This document shows positions 14,463 to 26,995 of a DNA stretch of 64,000 nucleotides, in pieces (positions within the stretch are counted from its first letter, which is position 1; each line of letters starts with the position of its first letter). Under the pieces are notes generated by a model. It did no database searches and was not told the origin of the DNA. It worked only from the letters and a program-made list of their open reading frames with translations. Position numbers and translations under genes: made by a program. Origin of the DNA: an uncultured Planctomycetota bacterium (GTDB lineage: Bacteria; Planctomycetota; Planctomycetia; Isosphaerales; Isosphaeraceae); assembly GCA_963845755.1 (NCBI GenBank), contig CAWJTV010000011.1, positions 1,408,001-1,472,000 on the forward strand, in the 5' to 3' direction.

Positions 14463-14763
14463 GGCCGCCGTGGGTCCGATCCGTCGAGTGCCTGACCGAC
14501 GCGCCGACCGGGCGGGACCGGGCGTCGATGCCTCGATCTTCGGGCTCCCACGGCGTGAATTATTCTCCGACGAGATTCGGAAATGCCGAGGATCAACTTG
14601 CAGGTGAAGGACCTTCTGATACATTAGCGTGGTGTGTCTGTCAGCTTCACATCATGAGCCAACCTGGTAGCATCTTAAGTATCGACGCGGATCCCGTTAC
14701 TCATCGACATCGACGTGACTCCGAATCTCAGGATTGGGCCGAAACGGAGAGGCAGGTGGAGTG

Positions 14764-16745
14764 ATGGCGACAGACCTTGCCTGGTATTACCAGTCGGAAT
14801 CGGGCATTGTTGGCCCGATCTCATCCGCCGAGCTGAGGCGACTGGTCGAGTCGGGCGTGGTTCGATCCACGACACGAATCCGGCGGGGTGAAGACGGTTC
14901 CTGGTTCCCCGCCGAAGGGATTCAGGTCGAGCTCGGACTCGCGGGCGGTGGGGAAGCGAAGGCGGCCCCTGGCCGTGAACCCGCCGAATGGTATTTCGCC
15001 CGACAGGATGGGCGCAAGATGGGACCCGTCACGAGGACCGTGCTCAACACCATGCTGAGCCAGGGCAAGGTCCAGCCGGCCGACCTCGTCTGGAAGGCGG
15101 GGATGGCCGCGTGGGTCCCGGCGTCGGACATTCCCGGTCTCCCGCAGCCGGGCGGGGTTCCACCTCCGGTGCGGGTCGAGAATCCGGGCGTGGTCCCGCC
15201 TCCGGTGCGGGTCGAGAATCCGGGCGGGGTTCCGCCTCCGGTGCGGGTCGAGAATCCCGGTGCGCCGCCACCGCTGGTCAAGACTTCGCCGGAACCCCTG
15301 AGGAACTCGGGTGGTCGCCCGGGCGTTGGGCGGATCATCCTGGGCGGGGCCGTGGCGGGGACCGTCCTCCTCGGCCTGATCGGCGCGCTGGCCTGGAGCT
15401 GGCTTCGGGCGAGATCCGAGCCACTCCGAGGGAGACCGGGGCAGGCCGGGTCCGAGGTCGCCGGCCTCAAGTCTGCGCGTTCCGACCACGTGTCCGGATC
15501 TCAGGGCGCCCCGGCGGCGGACGACGTCGAACCGCTTTACGACGACGCGATTGCCGCCCTGCGCCGTCGACAGTACCGCCTGGCGAGAACGCTGCTCGAT
15601 CGATACGCGGCCCGCCCGGGTGCCCGCGACCCCGAATCGGCTCGTAGCCTGAGCCGTGAGATCGAGCTGGCTTCTTCCCGGGTCAAGGCCAACGAGCTGG
15701 TCGGAGGACTGGACGACGAGGCCCTGAAGAACCATCTGCGCCATGGCCCAGGGCCTCTGGTCGCGTCCGCCATCCAGACGCCGGAACTCAGGCCGTTGTA
15801 CCGCCAAACGTTGCTCGACGCGTTGCGGCAGGAGAGCAACCGGCGCAGGGAGCGGGCGCCCCGCTCGTCCAGACGCCTCCGCCGAACGGCCGCGAGCGAA
15901 CGGCCGCGAAGGCCAAGCGTCCGAGGCCATCAACCCCCGGCCCGGCCAATCGGCTCGCATCGAAGGCGCCCCCCAAGGGCTCGCCGGCGAAGACGCCGAA
16001 GAAAGGGGAAGGCCAGAGGCACCCGGACAGCCCCTCCGCGACGCGTACGGCCACGCTCGACATGGTCCTGGACGCGCCCGCAGAATTCGAGGGGAAGACC
16101 CTCTGTGTGGACGGGCTCTACAAGATCGGCACCCGCTTCTCCAAGGTCAAGGGCCCCGATGGAAACCCCGTCGGCTGGTCGCTGCCCGTCGAGACGAACG
16201 ACGGCGTCGCGATCTGCAATGGAGAGACCAAGGTCAGGGGCCGCGATACCTATCTCCTCCTGGATGAAGAGTTCGCCCGGTTCCTCGACCGCGTCTTCCA
16301 ACGACTGAGGATCCATACGTCGCTGAAACCCATCCACAAGTGCATCATCACGGTGGATGTCCGGTCTCTGATGATCGATCGCAACAATGCCCCGGTCGCC
16401 CACATCGTGGGCCTGGAAATCCTGGGGGCTTACAATCCCTTGAAAGTTATACAGAATCGATATAACGACGCTTTTATGGTTGCTCGGATCACTCCGGGCA
16501 ACGCGGACATCAGCCACGGCGATGGGGCACTCTGGGTCGAGCGGCTGGGTGGCGAGGAGAAGTTCGTCCTGCCGGCGAGGCGGAAGTACCGGGAACTGGT
16601 CCGCAAGGTCGCCGCCGAGCGAGATCAGGCCATCGTCGCCCGATACCTCCAGGGTCAGCTCAGCAGCGTCATGACCATGGCGGCCGCGGCCCAGCAACGA
16701 CAGTCGCAGGCGTTCGCGGCCATGATCGGCCAGGTCTTGCGCTGA
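14764..16745 (+). CDS. Double GYF_2 (DUF4339) domain membrane protein with Pro-rich repeats and large C-terminal domain; frameshifted near 15860
   Basis: WYYQSESGIVGPIS...LRRLVESGVV and WYFARQDGRKMGPVT...DLVWKAGMAAWVPA; TM IILGGAVAGTVLLGLIGALAWSWL; continues into ORF 16062..16745. Confidence 0.78.
15148..15255 (+). repeat. Three in-frame 36-bp tandem repeats encoding PG(G/V)VPPPVRVEN
   Basis: ccgggcg(g/t)ggt(t/c)cc(a/g)cctccggtgcgggtcgagaat at 15148, 15184 and 15220. Confidence 0.92.
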
Positions 16746-16809
16746 CGGATCCGTCGTGGACGGAATGGTCCCCGGTTCGCGGGGTTGCGGTTGGACCGCA
16801 CCCGGACGG

Positions 16810-17594
16810 CTACTGGTTCCATTGCGGCCTCTGGATCGCGCCGAGGATGATCCCCAGGGCACCCAGCGCGATGAGGCACAATCCGACGGTGCCCAGGATG
16901 AAGCCCGCGAGTGCCAGGCCCCGGCCGCTGATCGTCCCGTTGGAGCGAGAGATCTGGTTCAGCGCGACGCCGCCGAAGATCGTGGCCAGCAGGCTGCCGA
17001 TGCCGCAGAGCCAGAGCAGACCCAGTACCAGGCTGGCCACGGCCAGGCCGCTGGTGCGCGAGATCGGATAGGGCTGGGATGGGGAGGGGGCGGCCCGACT
17101 CGTGTTGGTCGAACCGCCGGCGGAGGGCGCGCCGAACCAGAGTCCGGCGACCTGACCGGCGGGCGTCCAGCTCGCCATGCCGTTGGTCCAGACGAGGGAA
17201 CTCGATACGAGCTCTCCCTGGTCGATCATCCGTTGCAGCTCCGCGAGGCTCAGCGGCCCGTGATGCGATTCTCCCCGGGCGACGAACCAGGAAGCCGGCG
17301 CGGCCGCGGCCGCGGCCGCCGCCTGGGCGCCGGACTGCCGCCGGCATCGTCCGTCAGGGTGTAGGCCGGCCACTCGACATTGGCGTTCGTCAACGGCTGA
17401 CTCGGACCGGCGACGGCCGGGGCGTACAAGCCGGACAGCTCGGTGGCCTTGATCCAGGACCGGCGATCCTGGGAAACCTCGTGGGCTTGTGAGAGTTGGC
17501 CCCGCTCGCGCATCGACTCGAGCTGCGACCAGTTGAACGGACCGAGGACGCGCCCTCGCGCCCGAACGTACCAGCCGCCGGATCCCACTGACAT
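16810..17594 (-). CDS. Double GYF_2 + DUF4190 membrane protein; frameshifted
   Basis: MSVGSGGWYVRARGRVLGPF (ORF 17250..17630) joined to WFVARGESHHGPLSLAEL...LVWTNGMASWTPA and TSGLAVASLVLGLL...GRGLALAGFILG (ORF 16810..17373). Confidence 0.82.
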
Positions 17595-17626
17595 GATTGG
17601 TCGGTTCCTCAAGGGAGTTGCGGTTA

Positions 17627-20552
17627 TCACCGGGTACTCATCATCACGAAGACCGGGCGGCCCACAACCAGGGCTTTGTCGTCGCGCGTGTCGATCTTCG
17701 GCTTGCCACCGTCAATCTCCCCCACTTTCTTCCACGCACAGCTCGAGTCCGTCGAGGGCGCGATGACCAAGAGGTCTCGATCGGGGGGCAAGACCGTCCC
17801 GCGACAGACCTGGTAGCCGTTGCCGTCCCGTGCGAGCCAGCCCACCGTTTGGTAGGTCCGCGACGCCCGTTCCTCAATCTGGTCGCGCACGTCGAGCACG
17901 GCCTTGAGCGAGGGGACCTTGGGGCGAAGCCCCAGGATGAGCCGGCGCGCCTCCTCTTGGGCCTCAAGGAGCCCGGGCGTTTCCGGATTGATCCAGGCGA
18001 TGCTCCAGTTGACTTTCGCCTGGAGGAGCTGGTTCTTCAGGGGCTCCAGCGCGACGCGAAGCGGCTCGCTCCCCTCCGTGGCTGCCTGGATCACGATGCG
18101 GATCAGGTCGGCCTGGAGGATCGGATCAATTTCGGGTTGGTGGAAGATCGCATTGAGCAGGTCGATCATGACGGCCTCCCACTGGCTCAACCTCGTCTCG
18201 TTCGCCAGGATCGGCTTGAACTCGTTGGCGATCTTCGTCTGGGGGGACCAGTCCCGCGAGGCAATCCGCGTGATCGGGAGCTCACGGAACTTCTTTCCTT
18301 TCTCGAAGTCGAGTGCGTAGCTGAACTGCAACAAGTCGTTCTTTTCTTCGGGCTTCTCCCGAGTATAGCAGCGTTCATCGGAACTGTTCCCATACTTGAC
18401 GACGACCATCCAGGTGTGAGCGATGATCGGCTCAGAGAACACGCGCCGGAGCTTGGCGGCCGGGCTGTCGGCACCGGCGTCGCGGCGAGCGATCGCCTCG
18501 ACGTAACCGAGATACGCCGTGATCTCGGCCTTGCCGGGGAAATCGGAGTGCTGGGCCAGGAACTGGCTGCACGAGCCGGCGCGACGCCTGGCTTCCCGGG
18601 GAGTCAAGGCGTCGCGGCGGGTCTTCCAATCGGCTACGAGATGGTTCCAGTCTTCGACGCTATCCCAGAGCGGCCGCTCTTTCAGGACCTTCTGGAATGA
18701 CTGCACGTCCGCCGCGTCGGGGTACGCCTTCAGATAACCCTGGATCTGACCGACAAAGCGATGGAAGAGGTCCGGCCTGTCGGCCGTCGAGTACGCGATG
18801 GCCTCGGTGATCTCTTCCCGGCGCGTTGACTGTCGGTGCAGGCCTTCATATCGGTCGGAAGCCTCCTCGAGCTGCTGCTCGAGCATGCGAGCGGTTCCCT
18901 GCAAGTCCTCGCTCGCCCGGGCAACCTCGGGCGCCAGCTTGTGTAGTGCGACGCTTGAACGGTCGATCGCATCCCGGATCGGAGCGTAGTCGGAGGGGTT
19001 CGCGTCCAGGCTTCGACCAATCTGATGGATCTCGCCGCCGATCCGATCGAGGCTGGGGCGGAGGATCGCCTCCCGCTTGGCGTTGGCCTCCTTGAGAGCG
19101 GCCTGCCGGCGCTGGGCGATCTGTTCGACGGCCTGCTTCTCGGATTCCAGCCGGGCCAGCGTGCGGGCCTTCGCCAGGGCCTCGGGTTCTTCTGGCGTGA
19201 GGGGGGCGTGTTCCGCCTCGTCGATCGCCTCCTTAAAGTCCTGGATGCGCCGCGTCTCCCGCTTGCGGGCCTCATCGTAGCGCTTGCGTACCCCGACGAG
19301 GGCGTCGTGCCTTAGCAGGTCCGGATCGACCTGCTCCAGGTTGTCGAGATAGCTCGCGGCGTCATCCAGCTCATAGCCTCGGAGCATCTCGTCGATGGTC
19401 GTGGCGGCCTGCGCGGCGTCACGATCACGGAACTGGCTGCGGACCGCGTAGAACACCAGGACACCGCCGATGAGCAACGCCACGGCCGCCGCCCCGCCGA
19501 TCATCCGGACACGCCGGGTCCGCACCGCCGTCGCGGCCCGGAGGCGCGACGTATAACGTCGTTGGAGCTTATCCGGCATCCCGCCGCGTGTTTCAAGACC
19601 TCCTGTCCCAGGCGTTCCAGCTCCGCGGCGGGGACGGGTTCGGGTTCGTCGAGGGCCTGGGTCAAAGCGGCCAGCGCTTCGTCGTAGGCCAGCGCGGCGG
19701 CGGCGCGGCGATCTTCGTCCTCCAGCCACTTCAGCACCGGCCCGATGCGCTCCCAGACCGGGTCGGAGGGTTCGAGCGGTCCGGAGGCCGTCAGCGCGAT
19801 CCACTCCTGACGAGCCGCGCGGCCGAGGACCGGGTCCTGGGCCGTCAGCGCCCGGCCAGACGGGCCTCGATCGCGGCCAGCGCCGCCTGGGATTGCTCGT
19901 TGCGGAGCTGCACATGGGCCTTGCTCAGGCCCTGGACCAGGCCCTTCGCGGGCGGTTCGATCCAGGGCGATTCCTGGACTTCCGCCAGCAGCCTCTTGAT
20001 GTGCGGACCGTCGTGCAGCCGGACCGCCTCCGCGGCCTCCACCTGGATCTGCCGGAACCGGGCCTTTTCGATCGCCCGCAGGTCCTCGCCCCAGATCGGA
20101 TTGGTCGGGTCCAGGGCCGCGAGCTTCCGCATGACCCCGATCCGCGTCCGGAGCGGGGCGCGCTGCGTCGCCAGCTTCCGGTGATTATTCAGCAAGTCCT
20201 GAAGCGGTTCCTCCTGGCCGTACGCCTCGTTGAGCAGGCCCGCGGCATCGACTTGAACCTTGGGTGCCGGCGCCAGCTCGTAGATCCCGACCAGGTCATC
20301 CCACTCGGCACGCTCGGAGAAATCGAGCGCCGTGATCGCATCGAGCAACTTCGGTTCCGCTTCGGCGAGCTGGAGCGCCTCGGAGCGCAGCCCCTGCTGC
20401 AACAACCGCTGACACCGCGCCAGCCGCTGATTCACTTCGATGCAAGCCTCGGCATAGGCCGACGCCAGCACCTCCAGGCGCACGGTCCGTGTCTGGTCGC
20501 TCGCCTGGAGGAACCCGCGGATCTCGTCAACGGTTTGGTGGTAATCGGCCAT
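17627..20552 (-). CDS. Large alpha-helical single-pass membrane protein of the GTPase/GAP1 operon; frameshifted
   Basis: MADYHQTVDEIRGFLQ (ORF 19845..20552), bridged by ORF 19501..19737, into ORF 17627..19915 with TM MIGGAAAVALLIGGVLVFYAV and long coiled-coil-like segments. Starts 14 bp after the upstream stop. Confidence 0.75.
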
Positions 20553-20566
20553 GCGCGCATCGTCCT

Positions 20567-23033
20567 CTACCAGGTACCCGGGTCGGCAACTCGTCCGGGC
20601 GTCAACCCTTCCGATCGAGCGATCTCGAATCGCTTCCCGTCAACTTGCCACACAATCGATAAATTAATGAGTGAAGAATGTATATTTTCTAAATATCTTA
20701 GTCTTTCGAGTTCTGTTCTTTCTCTATCGGTGCCTCTTGGGGAAACCGCGCCGCCGGCGCCGCCTGGTGGCAGTGTGGGCGATTGATCCGTGTTCGCTAT
20801 CCGATTCTCCAGTTCTTGAATGCTCTTCTGAAGGGCTTTCTTGCGTTGATCATACTGCAACTCGGCCAAGAGTTTCGCATTCTCAAATTTGATGGTTACC
20901 ATGTCCCGTTTGTCGTGCCAGGAACCATCATTGCGCCGCGTGAGGGAGACAACTTCTTCCTTGTTGCCATTCAAGAGCCTACAAACATCGACGCTCAAAG
21001 GTCTCTCCGTCTTCTGGAAGTCCGTTTTCCCGTACCAGGGGATCTCGTAGACGGTCTTATTGGAGGATGACCTCGGATCACTCATCTTGACGCCATCTTT
21101 GGGTAGTCGTGGCTCACCTCGCAGGATGTAGAATCGTTCCTCGGGGATTTGCTTGGATCGGACGACCAGAACGCAGTCGCGAAGTTGTTCTCGAGCTTTG
21201 GGATCGGTGTTGTTCCTCCATCGAAAATTGATGGTTCCTTTCGGGATCGAGACTTCGAATGTCGCCAGTTCAACCCGGTCGTTACTCGCTCCGAGAAGGG
21301 AATCTTTGCGGGTGATCACCGAAACGACGACCTTGCGGACTCCATCCACGCCCCCTTCGTCAACCTTGTCGTTCAAACCAGAAGAAGCGGCCCCAATCAG
21401 TTGGATCTCGGCATCGTTCGGTTTGAAGTTGTCGAGACTCTGGGGCTTCTGTGGTGCTTTACCGGGTTCTTCGAGCCGGAAGAAATAGGCTTTGAGGTTT
21501 TGCTCGGGCTTCGTCGCGGCCCCCGGATGATCAACCTTCCGAGCCAGGGCCCTTCTCTTGAGCTTTGGGCTGATCTTTCGGGCTTCCCGAAGGGGGGGCC
21601 TTGACCAACTCTTCGCCCCCGCTCATTTTACCGTCATCTTTCGCGGACTCAGCGGTCTTCCTGTCGGGCTTGCTCGTGGCAGCCACTTCCTTCGGTGCTT
21701 CCGGGACTGGTCCGGGCACCCTATCCCCCGTCACCTGTTTGGGGGGAGCGTTCTTGGATATTCCTGCCGAATCAGGATTTAGTTTCTCTGTCGTGGTCAC
21801 TGTGTTGACATCCTTGATATCCGGCACGGTGGCATCGCCTTTGGCCGGCTCCGGGGATCTCGCGATCGCCGTGGGCTCGACCCGCTCCGGATTCGCCGAG
21901 GCGACGGGCGGGGCTTTTTGATCGGTATCAGGAGTCTTGGAGTTCGGATTTCGCATAACCTGTAACAGGATGAAGACGGACGCAGCCATCCCGATCAGGC
22001 CGACTGCGACGATCCCCGCGACCATGGCCCAGGTTCGTCCGGGCTGATGGCTGGCCCCGCCGCGTTTCGGTGGCCGTCCGGCCAACCCTCGGAAGGGTTC
22101 ATAATCGATGGTCGGGCCGGGCGGTGGGGCCTTGGGTGGCACTCCGGCGGTCGGGATTGGGCGTCCGGAGGCCGAGGCCGGGCCTTTGCTCCGAGGTTGG
22201 TGCGCGGAGGCGGTGTCTTCGCCGCCGGCAGGTTGAAAACGCTCGCCCCGCGCCTGGTGCACCAGCGCGCGACCCTCGGCTCGTCCGAGAGACCCGCACA
22301 AGTTGATGGTCAGGGCGTTGGGCAGTCGCAGGGCGTTCTGCGCCTCGGGCGAGCCTTCGACCACGCCGCGCCACGGGCAGTTCACCCCGCGTGGGAGACT
22401 CGTAAAATAGGTGCTGAACTCGACGTCCCAGCGCCTCGGCGGCGGCAGGAGGGCGATGGCCTCGACGAACAGCGGCAGCAGGTCCATCCCCGGGCGGAAG
22501 ATCAGGAACACGGGGCGCCGCGGGTCCGCGAGGAACGACTCGGCGAGGACGCCGGCCCAGCCGGCATCGACGCCGAGGGCCTTCCAGGCGCCCGCAACGC
22601 CGGGAGGTCGGTCGCCTCGGGGGGGCGTCTGGCCTGCCGGCAGGAGCCGCGGCTCTCCGTCCCAGGCCTCTTGAAGGAAGCCCGGATGGCCCACTAACCA
22701 CGCCGGGCCGCCCTCGGGCCGTTCGTTCGGCTCGAGCACGACGTGATGCGCATACTTGTTGGACCGACCCGAGTAGTCGAGGTTCGCCGGCCCGACGCGC
22801 GACAGCACGCTCACGGCCATGCCCCCCACCGTCAACCTGAGGTGGGAGAAGTTGATCGGGTTCTGAGCCGCGGCCGGGTCGTGGACCGGATAGACGGGCC
22901 GATACCCGCTGAGGCTCTCCAGGAGCTCGAATAAGGGGGCGGACATCTGGGCCGTGCAGGCGACCGTGCAGAAGCCGCGGCTACCCGGCTTGAGCCCGCG
23001 TGGGACCGATGTATAGTGCAGTTCCTGGCTCAT
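20567..23033 (-). CDS. GAP1-N2 domain protein with TM and low-GC C-terminal domain; frameshift near 21545
   Basis: MSQELHYTSVPRGLKPGSRGFCTVA...LDYSGRSNKYAHHVVL matches the GAP1-N2 pattern; WDVEFSTYF middle motif; TM WAMVAGIVAVGLIGMAASVFILL. The frame of ORF 20567..21376 is open back to about 21540. Confidence 0.82.
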
Positions 23034-23121
23034 CGACCCATCCTTCGATGTCAGGCGAGTCCCATCCGCCAGCGGCCGGCTCGGTAAGGACGACGCGGTG
23101 GAACTCGGGCGGATCGGCGAA

Positions 23122-24428
23122 TTATCTCGGCTTCCCACGACGGATGAGCCGCGGGACCAGCGCCGGCAAGACCCGCGACAGCGAATACAGCAGAGGCACG
23201 GTCACCCAGTGCGGCCGGATGTTCCTGGGCCGGATTCCGGGCCCTCCCGAACTCGAATCCCACTCCACCTGGCTGCCCAGCGAGCTAACAGCGATATACG
23301 TCGTTTCCTTGGCGAACGACTCCGCCGCGGCCACGGTCTCCGGACAATACTTGATCAGGATCTCGCGGAGGCGCCGGAGAGTCGCTCGACCTTCTCGACG
23401 TTGACACCGGTCATGTTCCCCTGGCTTCGCCAGGGATCCGCGGCGTCGTCCGGTCCCAGCAGGTGGGTCCATTCATCGAATTTGGCGAGGACGATCACCA
23501 GGGGACGATCGTATTTGCTGCCCTGCGCAAGCCCCGAATGCCGCCGGATTCGCGCGGCTGCCTCGGTGAGGATCGTCTCCTGCCGGCTCAACGTGGCCGC
23601 CCCCGGTGCAACGCCGCCTCGACAGACGGTGCGGAACCGGGGGTCCTGGGTCGGGTCGAACAAGAAGAGGGCCGCCCGAGAATGAGCCAGGTGCCGCGTC
23701 ACCGGGCTCGAAGCCCGATCCTCTCCGGGCCGGAAATCCTCGCCAGAGTTATCATAGAGGCAGAGTATCCTCGCCAGTCGCGTCGGGTCGCCGCCGGGAT
23801 GCCCGTCCTGCGGCTGGATGGTGAACAAAAACGGACGGGGGTACGCGACCGTTCGTTGGCCGTAAGCGACGGTGTCGAACGAGTCCCCCATACCCTTACT
23901 CTCAGTCTTGCCGATCAGACCGGCCAGGGGGACGACCTCCGACTCGACGGGATTGAGGAACAGCGACTCTTCATACTGGTTGAGCGTCCGGTTTGATTCT
24001 GTGTCGGCGTCGGTGAAGGCTAGCTTGAAACTGTGGGGCAGGATCTGGCGCAACTGCCAGGTCATCGCGGTCAGGAAGTAGGACTTGCCGCTACCGATTG
24101 CCCCCAGGATGGAGATGAACAGCGGCTCCATCTCCAGCATGGCCCGGGGGATCGGGAGATGACACCGCGGGCACGCCAGGCTCCGGCAGGTCATCCCCTT
24201 GGCGTCGATCGCATCTCCCTGGAGGGTATACCGGCTGGGCAAGAACCGTTGCTGACGCTCGGAGCCCAGCAGCGGATCACCGAGCAGGTCGAAATGCTCC
24301 GATATCCACAAGACCTCATGGGGCGAGAACCGCTCCCAGCAGTGCGGGCACGTGACCTGCGGAAGGAGCTTCAGCGCCGTGCAATCTCCGGCGGAGAGGT
24401 TGTCGTAATAGGCGGTTGTGTTCGTCAT
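23122..24428 (-). CDS. Zn-ribbon P-loop GTPase (DO-GTPase2-like); frameshift near 23390
   Basis: CPHC and CPRC; Walker A GAIGSGKS; G3 LYDNSGE; LFLFDP; G4-like LAKFD; VSSLG and IRPHWVTVPLL in ORF 23122..23472. Confidence 0.85.
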
Positions 24429-25669
24429 CGCATCACCGCGCAAAAACGGTCGGACCAAACTCGTGCGCACCACATTCCCACGACGAGGAGCCATCCCGCC
24501 GAGAGAGCGCCCGCGGCCGGTTCGATGCTTCGTTGCACCCCTCCATCGGCACTATCCGAAGAGTATACCCATGGCCATAATAGGACACAAGGTTCTCCTT
24601 GTCTCGATGACAGCATTGGCTTTACGACGATTCTCGAGGCGGTTTTCCCTTTCGAAACCGCCGGGTTACGACCTCCGCCGGATGCGGCGTGAGCCCACCC
24701 CAGCCCTCTCATCAGACGATGGAGGCCGGCCTGTCTTGCGCTTCACACCATTTTCCGTCGTCTTTCCCATCGACGGGCGAAGTCCGCCCGGTCGGCATCA
24801 AGCCCGGAGGAGGGAGTGAGAGGCCAACACGCTCCTGGGAATTCCCCGGACCGCCCATGAAGCGCGCGGCGGATAAGCGCTTTGTCAGGGCCGATGGTTT
24901 CCGTTATTGAGCGACCCGGCCACGGTCGTGATACAAAGCGGCCTCATGCTGGCCACGAAGACTGCGTCTTCAGGTGCCTGCACACCATGCGACACCGCAG
25001 GACTTTCGGGCCAATGTCGATTGGGAAGGCCCCCGCTCGACAGGGCCGATGCGGTCGCCGGCGTTCGTCCCCAGAGCCGATCGCAGCCCTCCGGTCAGAG
25101 ACACCGAGCTGTTGTCGATGTTGATTCTGTCTGCTCGATTCCGGTCCTGGAAGGCTTTTCAAGGGAATGCCCCAGGAAAACCCCGGCCGATCATTCGTCG
25201 GCACGCCATTCGCTCTTCCAGATAAACCCCTGGACACGGACAGACCTCTGGACGCGTCTCAGGGTGGCGCAAACCTGGCCAGCCCGCCGGACATGCGACG
25301 GGACGCCGAGAAGGTGCGGGAAGCATCCAGGTCGCCACCGATCGGTCCCATCATCTCACCGGGGCAGTGAAATTCGGACCTCCTGATGGATCGGGCGAGT
25401 TTCTCCAACTGGTGCCGATGCTGGGCTCTGCTCGCGCGTTCCGCCCGCGCCGTGGATGTGTCAGACCTCGATCGGCTCGAGGAGATGCGAGCCTCGAGCC
25501 CGACTTCCCGGCGGCCTCGAGACATCATCGGCGAGAGTCCCGCCGAAGCGGGCTCCGCGAGCACTGCCCGGCTAAACCTGTGATGGCGATCTGACGCCTG
25601 ACATCGTTGATCGCACCGACACGGCGTAGGAGAGATGGAACAACTAACAAAGCGGTGAGGAGACGCCCG

Positions 25670-26995
25670 ATGTTTGGAAGAAGACGCGACGCGGGTTCGT
25701 TCGGTGTGGCGGTTGTGTGCCTTGTTATGGTCATTCTGCCGGAAATGTCGGGGACGGTCCTCGGTCAGCCGGGGACGACCTCAAAAAAGACGCAGGGAAG
25801 ACGGACAAAGGGGAAACAATCTGTCGCCAGATCCAGACAGCGACCCAAGGTCGCGGCTGAGGAAAAGGGCGTGGCCGACCGGATCGTGCTGCGAGATGGC
25901 AAGGAACTGTTCGGGCAAGTCGACGAATCCGCTTCGGGCTCGGCCCTGACGATCCTGGCCCGTCGAGAAGCGATTCGGACGACGCTTCCCGACTGGTCGA
26001 AGAAATGGGAGGACGCCGAGCGCGGAACGACGGCCGTCGCGTTGCATCAGCGTCGGGAACGTCTGGCCGCGTGGCGTCGAGAACGCCCGGCGGAATCCGC
26101 GTCGGGAGATCGGATCAGCGCCTGGCTCGATCGTGAGCTGTCGGAGTCGACCGGGCCGGCCGCCCCATCGCCCCTCATCGCGATTCGGCTTGGACGCAAC
26201 GACGTCTCGGCCGTGGAACGGCGAAGCGATTCGGCGGCGCGGGCCCTGAGGTGTGCCTGGCTGCTCGGACTGGCCAACCCAGAGACGACCCCTCTTGCCA
26301 CGCTGAAAGACGCCATCGCGGGCCGGGGCATGAACCTTGAAGGCGACGAGCCGATCGCGATCGACCGGCTGCTGCCGCCGGCCGCCGAGCCCATAGACCG
26401 CTGGTTCCTGCGCCGGGCCGCGACCGAGGTCCTTCATGACGAGGGCCTGCGATTCATCCAGTTCGGCACTTCGATCCTGCCCGAGCCGGTCCCGGGACAG
26501 CCCCTCGATCCGGCGATGGGGGCGACGCTCGTGGAAGGCACGATCCGGGACGTGCTAGGCGTCGGGCGGGGCGACCCGCTGCCGGCGAGGCTCCACGCCG
26601 TCGCCGCTCGCGGTCGAGTCGGCGTCGTGATCACGAGGATCGAAATCGCGCCCGACCTCGGAGGTGTGGCCGCCGAGTTGACCCTCTACTATCGCAAGGG
26701 GAGCGACTGGGACCGGGCCCTCTGGAGGTCGCAGAATCTCCCGGTTGGTGCCGTGCCCCCGGTCGTCGTCTCGATCGTCGCCCAGGACCCGCAAGTCAAG
26801 GCGGTGATCAATCTGATCGACACGATCGGAGCGGGATTCGTCTCGCCCGCGATGAAGGAACGGGGTCTGGTCGTGGCCGCGACCGTCGGCGGAGCTGTCG
26901 TCCTGGCGCGAACTTCCCTGGTTCGATCCCTCGCAGGGCTCGCCTTCGATGTCGAGGGTAAGGGCCAGGCCCGTGGCTCGCGGCCAAACCCCTGA
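25670..26995 (+). CDS. Hypothetical exported protein
   Basis: Uninterrupted 441-codon ORF; ATG after GAGGAG; hydrophobic leader FGVAVVCLVMVIL; DRIVLRDGKELFG motif of the kind seen in planctomycete exported proteins. Confidence 0.7.
   Translation: MFGRRRDAGSFGVAVVCLVMVILPEMSGTVLGQPGTTSKKTQGRRTKGKQSVARSRQRPKVAAEEKGVADRIVLRDGKELFGQVDESASGSALTILARREAIRTTLPDWSKKWEDAERGTTAVALHQRRERLAAWRRERPAESASGDRISAWLDRELSESTGPAAPSPLIAIRLGRNDVSAVERRSDSAARALRCAWLLGLANPETTPLATLKDAIAGRGMNLEGDEPIAIDRLLPPAAEPIDRWFLRRAATEVLHDEGLRFIQFGTSILPEPVPGQPLDPAMGATLVEGTIRDVLGVGRGDPLPARLHAVAARGRVGVVITRIEIAPDLGGVAAELTLYYRKGSDWDRALWRSQNLPVGAVPPVVVSIVAQDPQVKAVINLIDTIGAGFVSPAMKERGLVVAATVGGAVVLARTSLVRSLAGLAFDVEGKGQARGSRPNP

Noticed and set aside
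25259..25564. Possible serine recombinase fragment (ARISS)
   Set aside because: The catalytic Y.RVS motif is not properly present and similarity does not extend.
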